IMG/VR virus record: IMGVR_UViG_3300032123_000052
Coordinates: 103,401-167,400 of that record
DNA length: 64,000 nucleotides
Origin: a virus
Reading direction: 5' to 3' (one strand)
The notes below the pieces were generated by a model that saw nothing but the letters and a program-made list of their open reading frames with translations, did no database searches and was not told where the DNA came from. The translations under genes and the position numbers were made by a program. Every line of letters begins with the position of its first letter. Position 1 is the first letter of the stretch. Below, piece by piece: positions 41,318-52,598 of the stretch.

Positions 41318-42094
41318 TTATAGAGATAGAGCTTCTTCTGGTATACTGATGGGAAGTGTTGGTTTTTCTATCCGCACACACGGTGCGTTAATTACATCCG
41401 CAAATGATTTCATATTATTAATATCTATATCAGGACTATGCCACTGAACGGGCTTAATCATTTCTGGGGACAGAAAGGTTTTTGCAATAAATACGTTACC
41501 AAAATCCTCGAGCACAACTACACCAGACACTATGTTGAGATGGTAATGGTTCTCAATTTTTCCATATTCAAATGGAGAACCAATTATCATCATTGATAAG
41601 ACATCTACTGTGGTTGGGAAAGAGCCGGCAATTGCCTTTATCCTATCCATAATAAATTCGTACACAATAGGATCAACACGCTCTTCAAATCGCTCAAGAC
41701 AATGTTCGGTATAGAAAATATTACCACACGCTTTGTGATAATTTGCACCGAACAACCTGCCATGATCTGTAACAGTAAATACTCGATCAAGATTGGTTTT
41801 GAACTGTATGTGATAATTGCCTTTTAGTTTGAAATTAGTCATATTGACCCATTTTCCGTATTTTTTACGAATTCGTATAGCAACATATTCTTTTATTTTT
41901 TTCTCTTTACGTTTACTAATCCGTTTCTTGGCAAAGGTTTTGCCAAGCGTTTTATTACACGCCTCGCTGAAGATAAGATTCATCATCGCATCATTGTATT
42001 TCTCGAGGGAAACAGTTTCAAAGTGTTCGTTCAACAGGGCAAGATAAACCTGCTCCTGCTCTTTATTTCTTGTGATAGAGCTTTTTCTTTCCAT
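41318..42094 (-). CDS. hypothetical protein
   Basis: 258 aa; T.HCLERFEER segment. Confidence 0.65.
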   Translation of the reverse strand: MERKSSITRNKEQEQVYLALLNEHFETVSLEKYNDAMMNLIFSEACNKTLGKTFAKKRISKRKEKKIKEYVAIRIRKKYGKWVNMTNFKLKGNYHIQFKTNLDRVFTVTDHGRLFGANYHKACGNIFYTEHCLERFEERVDPIVYEFIMDRIKAIAGSFPTTVDVLSMMIIGSPFEYGKIENHYHLNIVSGVVVLEDFGNVFIAKTFLSPEMIKPVQWHSPDIDINNMKSFADVINAPCVRIEKPTLPISIPEEALSL

Positions 42095-42293
42095 TTATTT
42101 ACTTTCGCACCCCTTTTGGTTAAAGTAAGGAAAGCCTCGCCCGAGTCTCGGGTGAAACAAAACGTCCGGTAGTGAAGTTGCAGCCGCACCAACCGGAAGA
42201 CGCATGCCTTTTAAGGCGAGGCAGTCCTAATTTTTAGTCCAGAAAAGCTACATCCTATTTTTGTATTGTTGTAATATTTTAAAATATTTATAA

Positions 42294-43202
42294 TCACTCC
42301 ACCTTATATTTTTTACTTACTACTTCAGATAGCTCGGGACCCTTCCAGTACGGAAGTATCCAGATTCTTTTCCGCAATAAATACCCTTTCCCGTACGCCT
42401 GATTAGTCCAATGTCCACGAACAATAAAGCGCTTATCAATTGTGCGACCAGTCTTCTCGCTGTGAATAGATATATATCTCTTCGGCGGTCGAAGCAGAAT
42501 GAATTCGCTTCTTACCTTATTCTTCTTACCACCCAGTTTGTATTGAACGCAATGTCTGGATTCTGTTTCGGCGGGAACTCTGGTCGAATCATTGATATAC
42601 ATTATTGTGTTGAAAAAGATATTTACTGCACGTTGGGCCTCAGGAAGCGTTACCACACCCCGATTCTTAACTCTTGGTGCAACTTTACACGCCGTCTTAA
42701 TAGTTTCATTATTGCGAAGATTAACCCACATATGGTCGAGCCCGTAATCACCTAAACCTGGAGACAGGCCTGAAATTGACACGTCCCAATCTACGCTATC
42801 GCGCACTTCTCCATCTCTTGTTATTATCATTGTATCAACAGCAGTGCTAATTGCAGATCTGTCAATAAACAGTAGTGCGTAAACACTCGCGTCTTCATTT
42901 TCCCTCATATCGACTTTGTACAATGGCTTCTCACCCTCTATTAGAAAAGTCTTAAATGGGTATTTAAAATCAGAAGGTTTGATATCAAGAGGAACATCAG
43001 TTAGCGCAAATGCATCAATAAGCTCTTTCGATAACCTGAATGTTTTGGCGCCATTGTCAAGCCACACCTGCAACTTTGCATATAACGTAGAAAACTCATA
43101 AATAATACTCATTGCGTAGTTACTCATACTTTGGGATGTTGTTTTTTTTTTCATTGATAACACAAGAGCTTTTGTCTCCTCCATTCTCTTAAATATATTC
43201 AT
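42294..43202 (-). CDS. phage hypothetical protein with C-terminal VRGHW motif
   Basis: 302 aa; RFIVRGHW..Q..G...RIWI.PYWKG. Confidence 0.65.
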   Translation of the reverse strand: MNIFKRMEETKALVLSMKKKTTSQSMSNYAMSIIYEFSTLYAKLQVWLDNGAKTFRLSKELIDAFALTDVPLDIKPSDFKYPFKTFLIEGEKPLYKVDMRENEDASVYALLFIDRSAISTAVDTMIITRDGEVRDSVDWDVSISGLSPGLGDYGLDHMWVNLRNNETIKTACKVAPRVKNRGVVTLPEAQRAVNIFFNTIMYINDSTRVPAETESRHCVQYKLGGKKNKVRSEFILLRPPKRYISIHSEKTGRTIDKRFIVRGHWTNQAYGKGYLLRKRIWILPYWKGPELSEVVSKKYKVE

Positions 43203-43696
43203 ATTATCCTCCTAATTAAAAAAGGCGCCTTTAAAGCGCCATTGTGTGGGCAAGGTTTATCATGAATAACACTATGACGATACATACCCAGAATAAAATC
43301 TTCCACTTCATGCTACCCTCCTTAAATAATGGCGGCCAGGATCCATAGGCCAGACATACCTAAAACATAAGTATGGCTACCCTACTTATCAACCAGCCGC
43401 CGTACCCGTATTTCTACGAGTCCAATAAGTGCGAAAATTCAGAATCGTCGTCTATTGATACTTCCTGCCGATACGATGTTTGTACATCGTTGCCAAATTG
43501 GTCCTCAAAATTATTCTCTGGAAAATAGAAATAATTATCTTTCTTCTGAATCCTATCTTCCGGATCTTGCAAATCTTCAAAGAGTGACACGCATCCTCCT
43601 ATTAATAAAAAAATTATACTTATCCGTTAACATTATTGTTATACCATGAATATAAAAATAATCACACCAATTTGCTACACTTTCATTCTTTTTTTT

Positions 43697-44317
43697 CTAC
43701 GATCGATTTAGAGGAAAATACCCTTGTTTTATCAGCATTTTCTTAACAAGTTGTAATTCAACACGATATGCGTCACGATCATCGTGGTGCTTCTTCTCGA
43801 ATTCTCTTACATACTTTCTCGCCTCCTTAATATTCTTTGCCACGAAATAGAAATAACCGTTCAGATAGTTACTGTAAACATTTTTGTAGATATATATGAA
43901 TATCTGTTTCGCCTGTTGTGGTTTGAGCTTCCTCTTCTTGTCTATACGTGCTTTAAAATCTTCTGGAGCTTCGACACCTTCAGTTGGTTCAAGCAGTTCA
44001 GGTTTATAATCTCTCGATCCGGAATGATCTTTTGGATTTTCCATCATCTGTAATGGCCCACCAAACCAGCTAAATACCACCATCCCATCATTAGCTTTAA
44101 ATACATCAACATTACCAATGCAGTCGCTAGATCTTGGAACTTTACTGAGCCAATCAATTGCCATTTGCTGGAACTCAACCTTGCTGGCGTCCATTACAAA
44201 CCCCAATTGGTCCTTTTCCATCGGTTTGTTTAAAAGACCTACTGATTGTGGTGATGATTGAATTCCCAACACACCTTTGTAAACAAACACTTGTGTTTTC
44301 ACATTTACCCCTTTCAT
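43697..44317 (-). CDS. hypothetical protein
   Basis: 206-aa ORF. Confidence 0.6.
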   Translation of the reverse strand: MKGVNVKTQVFVYKGVLGIQSSPQSVGLLNKPMEKDQLGFVMDASKVEFQQMAIDWLSKVPRSSDCIGNVDVFKANDGMVVFSWFGGPLQMMENPKDHSGSRDYKPELLEPTEGVEAPEDFKARIDKKRKLKPQQAKQIFIYIYKNVYSNYLNGYFYFVAKNIKEARKYVREFEKKHHDDRDAYRVELQLVKKMLIKQGYFPLNRS

Positions 44318-44395
44318 GTTAGTTAAAAAAAAGGAATCAAGCCTGTACAGCGCTCAATTCCTGATCTTGTCGTAAATATAGCCGGGACAATCAAT

Positions 44396-44515
44396 TTACT
44401 GCTCGTCAGTCTTCTTTTCTTTCTTAGTTCTCTTTTTGAAGATTTTCGGAGCAAAAATAGTACCCAACACGCCAACAGCAACGCTACCAGCATATTTTAA
44501 GATCTCCTTAACCAT
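44396..44515 (-). CDS. 39-aa single-TM small protein (absent from ORF track)
   Basis: MVKEILKYAGSVAVGVLGTIFAPKIFKKRTKKEKKTDEQ, with its own promoter motif at about 44562-44596. Confidence 0.5.
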   Translation of the reverse strand: MVKEILKYAGSVAVGVLGTIFAPKIFKKRTKKEKKTDEQ

Positions 44516-44837
44516 AATGGAGCCCCTTTCTCCCCACAGTAGTGAGGACTGTTTGTGTCTACATTATACTTATACCAGATAATGCAGAATAATCACGATT
44601 TTTTTTTGATAGTTAAATGAAATCTGACACATTTCTTCCATTGACTTTTCACTACTCTCCTACTACTCTTGCTTCTTTCGTTTTACTATACTACTCTTCA
44701 CTCGTTCTTCCGTTTTCGTTACTTCGTTTGCGGCTTATGTGTGCTCCATGCCAGTTGCCCGGCTGGAGCTACAAACTCCATTACTATATTTATACCAGAT
44801 TATGTGCCAAAATCACACAACTTGCAACCAAATTTAT

Positions 44838-45239
44838 TTACATATCTTCCAGCATCTTTTCCAGCGTCACTTTATCCATATCTTTGAGAGCGCCGACCTT
44901 CTTCTCATGAAGAATCTCCAATATTTGCTCTTTCTTAGCTTTGGTAGCAGCGGCCTTCTCAACCCTGGCGGCAACATCGATCTTATAATCTATCACACGC
45001 CTTACGATACCGAGACTAACCTTAGCATCTGTATTTTCAACAGTCTGCTTAACAACATAGGATTCTTCATCAGCACTGTTCTTCAGTGCCTTATTCAAAC
45101 CCTTCTCAATATAATCGAGAGAAATTCCATCATTTTCAAAAGTCAGTGGCAGGTCCCAAAGGTCTTCAGTCGTAAGATTACCAATTCTTGTTCCAAACCT
45201 TAATTTCTTGCGACTGGCATATTCGAATAGCTCAACCAT
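44838..45239 (-). CDS. phage hypothetical protein
   Basis: ASRKKLRF...LTTEDLWDLPL; coiled-coil-like C-terminus; operon with the upstream gene. Confidence 0.7.
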   Translation of the reverse strand: MVELFEYASRKKLRFGTRIGNLTTEDLWDLPLTFENDGISLDYIEKGLNKALKNSADEESYVVKQTVENTDAKVSLGIVRRVIDYKIDVAARVEKAAATKAKKEQILEILHEKKVGALKDMDKVTLEKMLEDM

Positions 45240-45251
45240 GAAAAACTCCTT

Positions 45252-47267
45252 TTAAAAGTTTATTTTGATTGTGCGGGAAAAGCTCCCGCTTAATTTGCAA
45301 AGAACCGATGCGTCTTTGGTGCTTGAGAATCCTAGACCACTTAGTTGATTATCAGCCTTTTCAACCTTCAGTTTGGATCCCAATACCTCGAACACTTTCC
45401 GATGCTCAGTTAACTCATTGCTAAGGAATTCGTTGAAGAACCCCCTGGCTCTTTTATCATTTTTACATCCATCAAGTATGAAAAATACATGCCTGTTACC
45501 TGTTTTATGACCATCCCAATGATTGGGAGAATTCATAATAAGAGAAGCCTTATAGAACTGCTGTGTTGAAATATTCCAAACGGCTTTCTTTGCTGCGGTC
45601 GATGGCAGTGATTCGATGAACTTTATCCCATCCTTTTTCGATAACTCAAATTCTGCCACAGTGACATCGCGAGATACACGCTTGCCATAATGGAACTTAT
45701 GGATATTCCCACCGTATTCAATCTCAGCATCGAACCCAACATCAACATCTTCACGCTGACCATATTGACGTATGAATAATTTGTACTTACCTTTATTCAT
45801 TTTGGCCAAGTTGGGCCATACAATATTCTCAACAGCGTTTCTTGAACCAGAGTTCTCAACATTCATATCAACATCAAGATTTCCGCCTGTATTAGATATC
45901 TTGTTGGCAAAATAAATATCATTACCACCAGGCTCTATAACATGAATATCCAAATCGTCGTAATTAAACCACCCGAGTGAGCACCGAAGTACCCCGTTGA
46001 TATTGCCACCAGCAGTCTTCACCCTTTCCTTAATAGAATCGGCAACCTCACCGCTATATGCCCAGGAAAAGTTATTATCCCATTGAAAAATATGTTTTGC
46101 ATCAATATTCATTGGTGCTATGAGACTCATTAAATTGTTTATATGACGGTTCTCAAACATCAACTCAACAGTATCTACCCTCGGAAGAATATCACTTATA
46201 AAAGTGTCAATTCCAACCTCCTCGACTTTATCAAACTTCTTTGCATCAAGCGGAACATTGCTTTCAATAGCGTCGAATACACCCATCGACTTTCTCGCCT
46301 CCCTATCTGCGAAAAGAACATTATTAACAGCGATGTCCTCAGTAACCGCAAACCTTCTTGTAAGAGAATCTTCGATGCCAAGTTCGGCAACCTTCTTCTG
46401 TGCTTCTGTTATCATACCTTTGGTAATAAGTGCAGTTGGGCGCTTATAGTTTTCTGGAGCAACCTTCGATTCGAACATCCTGACAGCTTCGTTAAGATCC
46501 ATATCGCTGGACATGTCAACAAGCAATGTTCCGATAACAGAATTCTTCATCCGTGAGCTTCCTCCAAGTTCCATTGATTCAACCCAGCAATAGTTATCAC
46601 GATCTTTTTCAGGAATTTTGTCAAATTTCTTTTTCTTTTTTATAAATAACTCAACTGTAGCTTTATGCTCTTCACCCCTGTACAGAGAATTCTGTTCAAT
46701 AAGGTCGAGGCATGTCTCAGCAGCCGATAAAGATATTTCATTCATACCTCTTATGAACAAATCTTTATTGGTATTTAAATGAGACATCGTAGTGCCCATT
46801 TCATCATTTGGCTTTATAATTGTTTTAGGGAGCTTTATAAAGAAGTGCTCCCACTTTATTGTTTCCCCGTCTTCAAGGAGTTGAATATTATAATCATTCC
46901 CAACAGTGTTCTGAAAATATAGAAACGGACTGGTTATTGCTTTAGACTTTACAACCTTTGACAGCGCCTCAGCAACAATTTTATACAGCCCATCTATTTC
47001 AATATCCCAAATAGAAACCGGTTTATTATTCACAATCGCAACCATGTGTCCACATGCTCTTATGAATTGTTTGCATGACTGGCAATCATACTCAGCGCGC
47101 TCTCTAAACATTTTATTAACACCTTCAGGAAAGCTACTGAGATAAGTTTCCCATAATAAATCTTTATCAACATCTACAGTGAAGAGCTTTAATCCCTTCA
47201 TAGAGTCGAACTGCTTTTGCACAGCGACCTTAAAATCTTTAAAAATTAATTCTTCCATTTTACCCAC
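45252..47267 (-). CDS. large phage protein with YfaP/DUF2135-like domain
   Basis: 671 aa; DLDIHVIEPGG...LDVDMN...VENIVW; N-terminal CQSC. Confidence 0.6.
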   Translation of the reverse strand: MGKMEELIFKDFKVAVQKQFDSMKGLKLFTVDVDKDLLWETYLSSFPEGVNKMFRERAEYDCQSCKQFIRACGHMVAIVNNKPVSIWDIEIDGLYKIVAEALSKVVKSKAITSPFLYFQNTVGNDYNIQLLEDGETIKWEHFFIKLPKTIIKPNDEMGTTMSHLNTNKDLFIRGMNEISLSAAETCLDLIEQNSLYRGEEHKATVELFIKKKKKFDKIPEKDRDNYCWVESMELGGSSRMKNSVIGTLLVDMSSDMDLNEAVRMFESKVAPENYKRPTALITKGMITEAQKKVAELGIEDSLTRRFAVTEDIAVNNVLFADREARKSMGVFDAIESNVPLDAKKFDKVEEVGIDTFISDILPRVDTVELMFENRHINNLMSLIAPMNIDAKHIFQWDNNFSWAYSGEVADSIKERVKTAGGNINGVLRCSLGWFNYDDLDIHVIEPGGNDIYFANKISNTGGNLDVDMNVENSGSRNAVENIVWPNLAKMNKGKYKLFIRQYGQREDVDVGFDAEIEYGGNIHKFHYGKRVSRDVTVAEFELSKKDGIKFIESLPSTAAKKAVWNISTQQFYKASLIMNSPNHWDGHKTGNRHVFFILDGCKNDKRARGFFNEFLSNELTEHRKVFEVLGSKLKVEKADNQLSGLGFSSTKDASVLCKLSGSFSRTIKINF

Positions 47268-47517
47268 CTACCGTTAAATTGGATTAATTGACATTAAAAA
47301 AAATGTATAATACGAATTGATATTTACACAATAGTTATACCAAAACAAATTCTATTATAACCATTTTTTCTTTATTTTGCGATAAAATGGGGGCATTGAC
47401 ACCCTCCAGGCAAGATGTTTCGCACCGCAGCGCAAACAGAGTTTCCCGAAGAAAAGAAGGTATAGATAACTTACCTTCGATATTGATTTGCAGAATGGAC
47501 AGTTGATAAAGCTATGC

Positions 47518-47832
47518 TTACTCTTCTTCTCTATCTTCCATCGGTTGTGAATTAAAGCCGCGGGGTAAAATTTCAAGATTATACTTCGAAAGGATATTTT
47601 CTCCACCATTACCTCCATGTTCTATAGCATTAAATAACAACTGATCATTATCATGGTATATTCTGTTATTTCTATTTAGATCAGCATAAAACTGATCAAG
47701 ATATTCTTTAGTGAAAATTCTTTGAACTTGACTGTGCCCACGCGCCATTTCCTGTTGCGGTGCCACTGCCTCTTTATCCTTACGAATAAATCCGGCCTGA
47801 TACTCAGCCCAATCTTCAAAAATCACATCCAT
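47518..47832 (-). CDS. hypothetical protein
   Basis: 104 aa, directly after the helicase. Confidence 0.55.
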   Translation of the reverse strand: MDVIFEDWAEYQAGFIRKDKEAVAPQQEMARGHSQVQRIFTKEYLDQFYADLNRNNRIYHDNDQLLFNAIEHGGNGGENILSKYNLEILPRGFNSQPMEDREEE

Positions 47833-47834
47833 AA

Positions 47835-49421
47835 TTACCCCACTATTGATTGAATAAAATATTCAGGGAAAAAGTGTTTATTCCTAATAAGAAAACTTCT
47901 GAATGCAGAGTCGAGGATGTAAACATTACACCAATCCTCCTTATGGCGGACTCCGCGGCCAGTAACCTGGATTAAAGTTAGTGAGGTTTTCCAGAGATAC
48001 CAGTCTGGATCAATTTCTTTTCTTCGCTTGATCTGCGGATCGCCAAGGAATCCAAATGGCATCTTGCAAATTATGATGAATCTAGCAAGATCATCTTTGA
48101 GATCAACCCCTTCACTTAACGATGGAGATATCATAACCTTTGGATCTTTATGTTTTATAAAATATGAAAGCGCCTCACTGCGATCACCACCATCATGCCC
48201 AACCAACCTTCTTTTATTTGTTATCGCAACACTATCCGTGATGTATCTCGATATTTTAAAACTATGTGTATAAATAAGACCTTTATGAGGCATATGGACA
48301 TCCATAATCTCATTTACTGCCTTTGTTACTTTTGGTAATGTCTCATCAATATTAGTATAACTCATTGATCCGGTATTTACAAATATCGTCTTCCGGTTCT
48401 CAACAGGAAAGGTTGGTGGTACCTGATAGAACTCAGCTTCATCGGGAGGTATCCCAAGGTTGCGACAAAAGTTCTTCTTATCCAGTATAGTGGCAGACAT
48501 CATAAGATGACGCTTGCCAAAACTGAATAAAAGATCATCAGCATACGGTGCAACAGTAACTGGTTTAAAGAATATCTTATCGTCATCAGGGTTATTTTTT
48601 CCGCGCTGAATTTCGTGAACCCATTCGTTCTGCTCACAAGTCTTAAGGAAATTATCAATCTTCTTGATCTGTGTATTCAGTCTGGTATTCATCGATGATA
48701 GTTTTTTTATCTGCTCGATTATATTGTCACGACCAGCGACAGAAACTAATAGGTCTGATTTTAAACTCAGTATGTCAGATAAGTTACTTTTAACCTCATC
48801 AGCAAAACAATCTGAAATCTGATTAAGCCAGTCAATATAATCTTCAACCTTATCGTATTCTGGTATATCAGAAAGTGACCCTAGTTTTCTCATATATTTC
48901 GATGTAAACTTGATTTCAACAAAACCCATTAACTCTCTATCCACCCCATGACATTCATCACAAACGATTAGGTTTGCAGGTTTAAATATTTTTGCATATT
49001 GAGTTGCATAAAGAAAATATGTATAATTTAACAATGCTATTTTAGCATTAAGCGCAGCACCCTTTGCCGATTCATATGGACATTCGGTGATATCTGGACA
49101 CCTTCCTGTTTGACAAAATCCATTGTTACAAAAGCTATCCATATGAGCGCAGCTGTAATTGTTACGGCCCATCAACTCAACAAATTCCGGCGATCCGTAA
49201 TCATATACGTACTGGGTCTGCAGGACTTTCTGAGATGTTAATAGGTATGTTGGCGCAAAGTGCATACCAAGGGCAACAGCGATCGGGGATTTTCCCGACC
49301 CTGTTGGTGCCTCTAATATTACATATTTAATCCCACTGTCAAAAGCTTTTTCTATCGTAAGAATGGTCTCGCGTTGATACCGGCGGTAGGTGCCATGCGG
49401 AAAGTGAGTTAGTATATCCAA
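47835..49421 (-). CDS. DinG/XPD-like SF2 helicase
   Basis: Q motif RRYQ, Walker A APTGSGKS, Cys cluster, DECH, SAT, EGVD, Q..GRGVR. Confidence 0.88.
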   Translation of the reverse strand: MDILTHFPHGTYRRYQRETILTIEKAFDSGIKYVILEAPTGSGKSPIAVALGMHFAPTYLLTSQKVLQTQYVYDYGSPEFVELMGRNNYSCAHMDSFCNNGFCQTGRCPDITECPYESAKGAALNAKIALLNYTYFLYATQYAKIFKPANLIVCDECHGVDRELMGFVEIKFTSKYMRKLGSLSDIPEYDKVEDYIDWLNQISDCFADEVKSNLSDILSLKSDLLVSVAGRDNIIEQIKKLSSMNTRLNTQIKKIDNFLKTCEQNEWVHEIQRGKNNPDDDKIFFKPVTVAPYADDLLFSFGKRHLMMSATILDKKNFCRNLGIPPDEAEFYQVPPTFPVENRKTIFVNTGSMSYTNIDETLPKVTKAVNEIMDVHMPHKGLIYTHSFKISRYITDSVAITNKRRLVGHDGGDRSEALSYFIKHKDPKVMISPSLSEGVDLKDDLARFIIICKMPFGFLGDPQIKRRKEIDPDWYLWKTSLTLIQVTGRGVRHKEDWCNVYILDSAFRSFLIRNKHFFPEYFIQSIVG

Positions 49422-49464
49422 TTATTCTCCTTTTGTGTTTCTATTGATCGAAGTTTTTCAGTCA

Positions 49465-50118
49465 TTATTTTAATCCGTATACTTTATCAACCATATTCAG
49501 AAGAGTTTTAAGAGCAGACTCAAACCGAAGTTTCGATATCTTTTCCATCCATTCAAAACCATCGAGTGTCCTGATTGGTATAATATCTTTTATTAATCCA
49601 ATCGCCACACTCTCACCTTTAATGTTCTCAAACTTTATGATCGTGGCGTATTGTAAGTTGTCAATCCCAATAACTTTGAGATATGTCCACCAGTAATCCG
49701 TCTTTTCTTTCGAACTGGTGTAGCTGTTCTTCCTGCGGAAATGTTTTCCAATATATTTCTTCTCGAGGTCAGGAATTAGAAATTCAGCATCAATATTGCC
49801 GATTTCCATATGGAGCTTCCTGCATTGTAACTCAACTTTCTTGTGTTTCTTTACAAGCCCAAGTCTTTTTTGGACCATCTCGATTCTTTTAAATGTCTCT
49901 TTTTTCATTATAATCCTTTCGTGCAGGCATCGTCCACCCACAACCACTGTAACGTTACTTTTAAAATCATCACCCCATGGATTTCCACCCTTAGCCCATT
50001 TGACTTTGAATTTCGTATTCTCACAATACGCGTGTAACGCAAGCGCCACACTATCCGGATTCAACCATAGTGGATCGTTCGGCGAGTCATATTCAATCAC
50101 AACTGATATTTTAGGCAT
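49465..50118 (-). CDS. hypothetical protein
   Basis: 217 aa, AAGGAG RBS. Confidence 0.55.
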   Translation of the reverse strand: MPKISVVIEYDSPNDPLWLNPDSVALALHAYCENTKFKVKWAKGGNPWGDDFKSNVTVVVGGRCLHERIIMKKETFKRIEMVQKRLGLVKKHKKVELQCRKLHMEIGNIDAEFLIPDLEKKYIGKHFRRKNSYTSSKEKTDYWWTYLKVIGIDNLQYATIIKFENIKGESVAIGLIKDIIPIRTLDGFEWMEKISKLRFESALKTLLNMVDKVYGLK

Positions 50119-50191
50119 AAATCTCCTTTGATGTTAATACTGTACGCAAAATCACTTAGTTATAATGTATTAATCACTAATCTTTATAATA

Positions 50192-50713
50192 TTAAGATTT
50201 GAGAGCTGGCTCTTCCCCATTAGCCTTTACACCATTATCAGGTGCAAGGAAATTGCCTGCGCCAACGGATGCGCCGCTTGGCAGATGAATGAATTCGACA
50301 CATCCATCTATCTTTTCATCCAGGGCTAATGGTAATAACCAATTGAGGCAATAAACGCAGGAACCGTCGATACAGAATCCTATATCTCCACGGCCTCGAA
50401 TTATACTTTTAACTATTGTTTCTGTTTCCACAGTATGAGCATCAAAATATGCTTTACGGTCTGATGCTGTGTAGAAAATCACTTTAAAACTTTTCATATC
50501 TGTTATAATTGCGAATCTTTTCCAATTTTCATAATGAACACCAGTTTCTTCTTTAAATTCTCTGATCATAGCGACGCGCTCGTGCTCGCCTTTTTCTACT
50601 TTTCCACCAACACCATTGAGCATGCCTGCTTGCCACTCAGGTTTTTGTTTTCTAATGAGGATGACACTACTCATTCGCTGGTTAAACATGAAACCACATA
50701 CGTATTTTTGCAT
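50192..50713 (-). CDS. NUDIX hydrolase
   Basis: NGVGGKVEKGE...AMIREFKEETG. Confidence 0.85.
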   Translation of the reverse strand: MQKYVCGFMFNQRMSSVILIRKQKPEWQAGMLNGVGGKVEKGEHERVAMIREFKEETGVHYENWKRFAIITDMKSFKVIFYTASDRKAYFDAHTVETETIVKSIIRGRGDIGFCIDGSCVYCLNWLLPLALDEKIDGCVEFIHLPSGASVGAGNFLAPDNGVKANGEEPALKS

Positions 50714-50845
50714 ATTTAATATAGTATTCTTTCTTCAAAAATCTTCTTCACCAAATTATAATAATGTTTTCATAATATTTTAAAAAAGCGAGAAGGTATT
50801 TAGTGTGTATCCTCCTCGCTTTTGAAATGATATTACCCTAACCCT

Positions 50846-51820
50846 TTATTTTCGTCTCCATTTATCATTTATATATTCGTACAAAACCCTATCTTGATGG
50901 CTGAGTGTTGGTGCTCCGGATACTATCTCAACAACTTTATAGCCTATCTGTGGCATAGGCATGAGATATTTATCACCATTAACACTGGCGAGGGATGTTT
51001 CAATATCCAGAAAGTGGTCACGTATCTCAACATTAACATTCCCTTGCCCTTTGACCTTTTCAAATGATACGGTGAAGCCTGTCATTTCATACATCTGGCT
51101 GTAATCAGGAGGCGCTTCGCTTGGAATAACCTGTGCACCTTCAGGTTTTCCTCCTGAGTTAAACTGATTTCCAGTAGTCCTGTTTCTGGCTATTCCACCC
51201 TCTTGACGCTGGTTATTTCGTGCATCCTGCACCGACTGGGAGTCAAATCCAGGTTTTTTGGATTGAGTGAGCCTCTGCTCTTCAATCACATTATCCATAT
51301 TAATACAAACCTCTGGAGTTATGGGTTTCTCTTCAGACTTTCCAGGCATACTTCCTTTAATTATTGTTCCATCTTCATCATTTTTTACCGGGATGTCAAT
51401 TTGTTCGAGTTCTGCAATTGCACCTTCAAGACTTTGGTTCGTCTCTTCGGCAACTGTCTCGTTGGTACCATTGGCAATTTCATCCATAGGTGTTTTTTCA
51501 ACAACCTGTTCTTCATCATCATCACCTGGAGGCTTCGGGGCTGAATATTCAACTCCATCAGTTGGGAGTTCGACATCAGATTCATCAATCTCTTCATTGC
51601 CGCCAATTTCTAAATCCGGACCTTGCACAGTTTCCCCTGGTGTATTTTCACTACCAGTGTTATCATCAGTCTCTTCTAAAGACGGCCCGCCTGTCTGCGG
51701 CGTATATTCACCCTCACCATCAAGGTGCGCTTCACCAGTGTTTAAATCTTGATCATTATTGTTCAAGACTACTCCTTTTAAGAAATTGTTCAATATCAAT
51801 CCATACGCCATGCATTTCAT
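50846..51820 (-). CDS. acidic, mostly disordered protein
   Basis: E/D/G-rich ORF; start probably near 51766. Confidence 0.6.
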   Translation of the reverse strand: MKCMAYGLILNNFLKGVVLNNNDQDLNTGEAHLDGEGEYTPQTGGPSLEETDDNTGSENTPGETVQGPDLEIGGNEEIDESDVELPTDGVEYSAPKPPGDDDEEQVVEKTPMDEIANGTNETVAEETNQSLEGAIAELEQIDIPVKNDEDGTIIKGSMPGKSEEKPITPEVCINMDNVIEEQRLTQSKKPGFDSQSVQDARNNQRQEGGIARNRTTGNQFNSGGKPEGAQVIPSEAPPDYSQMYEMTGFTVSFEKVKGQGNVNVEIRDHFLDIETSLASVNGDKYLMPMPQIGYKVVEIVSGAPTLSHQDRVLYEYINDKWRRK

Positions 51821-52103
51821 CAGTGAGTATTTGATTTTTGACGATTATATATATAGGGTATTCCAATGTAATAATACCGGTCCTATCAACAAACCCAACT
51901 TCACAATCCTCACTCAGTTGTCTGCAAAGAGCTACGAGCAATTCATCATTTGTTACCTTGTCGCCATTCACTTTGAGATGATATTCATTCTTAAGTTTAC
52001 CATTTACATATACTATCTCAACATCAAATCCATCAAACGATTCGTAACCATAGGTTACATTATCAGGATTGATCTGCAGGCTCTTTCCAAACGGATGGTC
52101 CAT
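51756..52103 (-). CDS. hypothetical protein
   Basis: 115 aa, AAGGAG RBS. Confidence 0.6.
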   Translation of the reverse strand: MDHPFGKSLQINPDNVTYGYESFDGFDVEIVYVNGKLKNEYHLKVNGDKVTNDELLVALCRQLSEDCEVGFVDRTGIITLEYPIYIIVKNQILTDEMHGVWIDIEQFLKRSSLEQ

Positions 52104-52109
52104 TTCTTT

Positions 52110-52598
52110 TTACTCCTTATTATTTTTAGGAATTTCCCATTTCAAACTTTTGCAACATGGACACATTATTGGTTTTTTATTTTTTCTCGGAATCCAGATG
52201 TGTCCACATCTTTTGCATTTAGTTTGCTCCAAATGGTATATTTTATTTTTTAGCTCCACCCAATGAAGGCTTTTATCACTATGGTGTTTAGACCTATCAA
52301 TTCTAAGTAAGTTCTTAGGTCTATTATCCCTTTTTATTAAATTTATATGATGAATTATATCACCAGGTCCTAAAATCTCATTATAATACCTCTCATAAAC
52401 AAGCCTGTGTAAAGGAATATTTTTTCTTTTAAAATATATAGATCTATACCCATCACCATCAGATACCAAAGATCTTTTTATACTCCATTCCATCTGGCAG
52501 ACCACACACCGGTAGTGTGTTATATATACTTCGCTTTTTATTGTATAATCAATTACTTTGTGAGGTTTACTTTTACACCCAGGACACTCCAACATCAT
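52110..52598 (-). CDS. HNH endonuclease with Zn ribbons
   Basis: LHRLVY...IHHIN..KRDNRPKNL...H; CxxC pairs at both ends. Confidence 0.8.
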   Translation of the reverse strand: MMLECPGCKSKPHKVIDYTIKSEVYITHYRCVVCQMEWSIKRSLVSDGDGYRSIYFKRKNIPLHRLVYERYYNEILGPGDIIHHINLIKRDNRPKNLLRIDRSKHHSDKSLHWVELKNKIYHLEQTKCKRCGHIWIPRKNKKPIMCPCCKSLKWEIPKNNKE

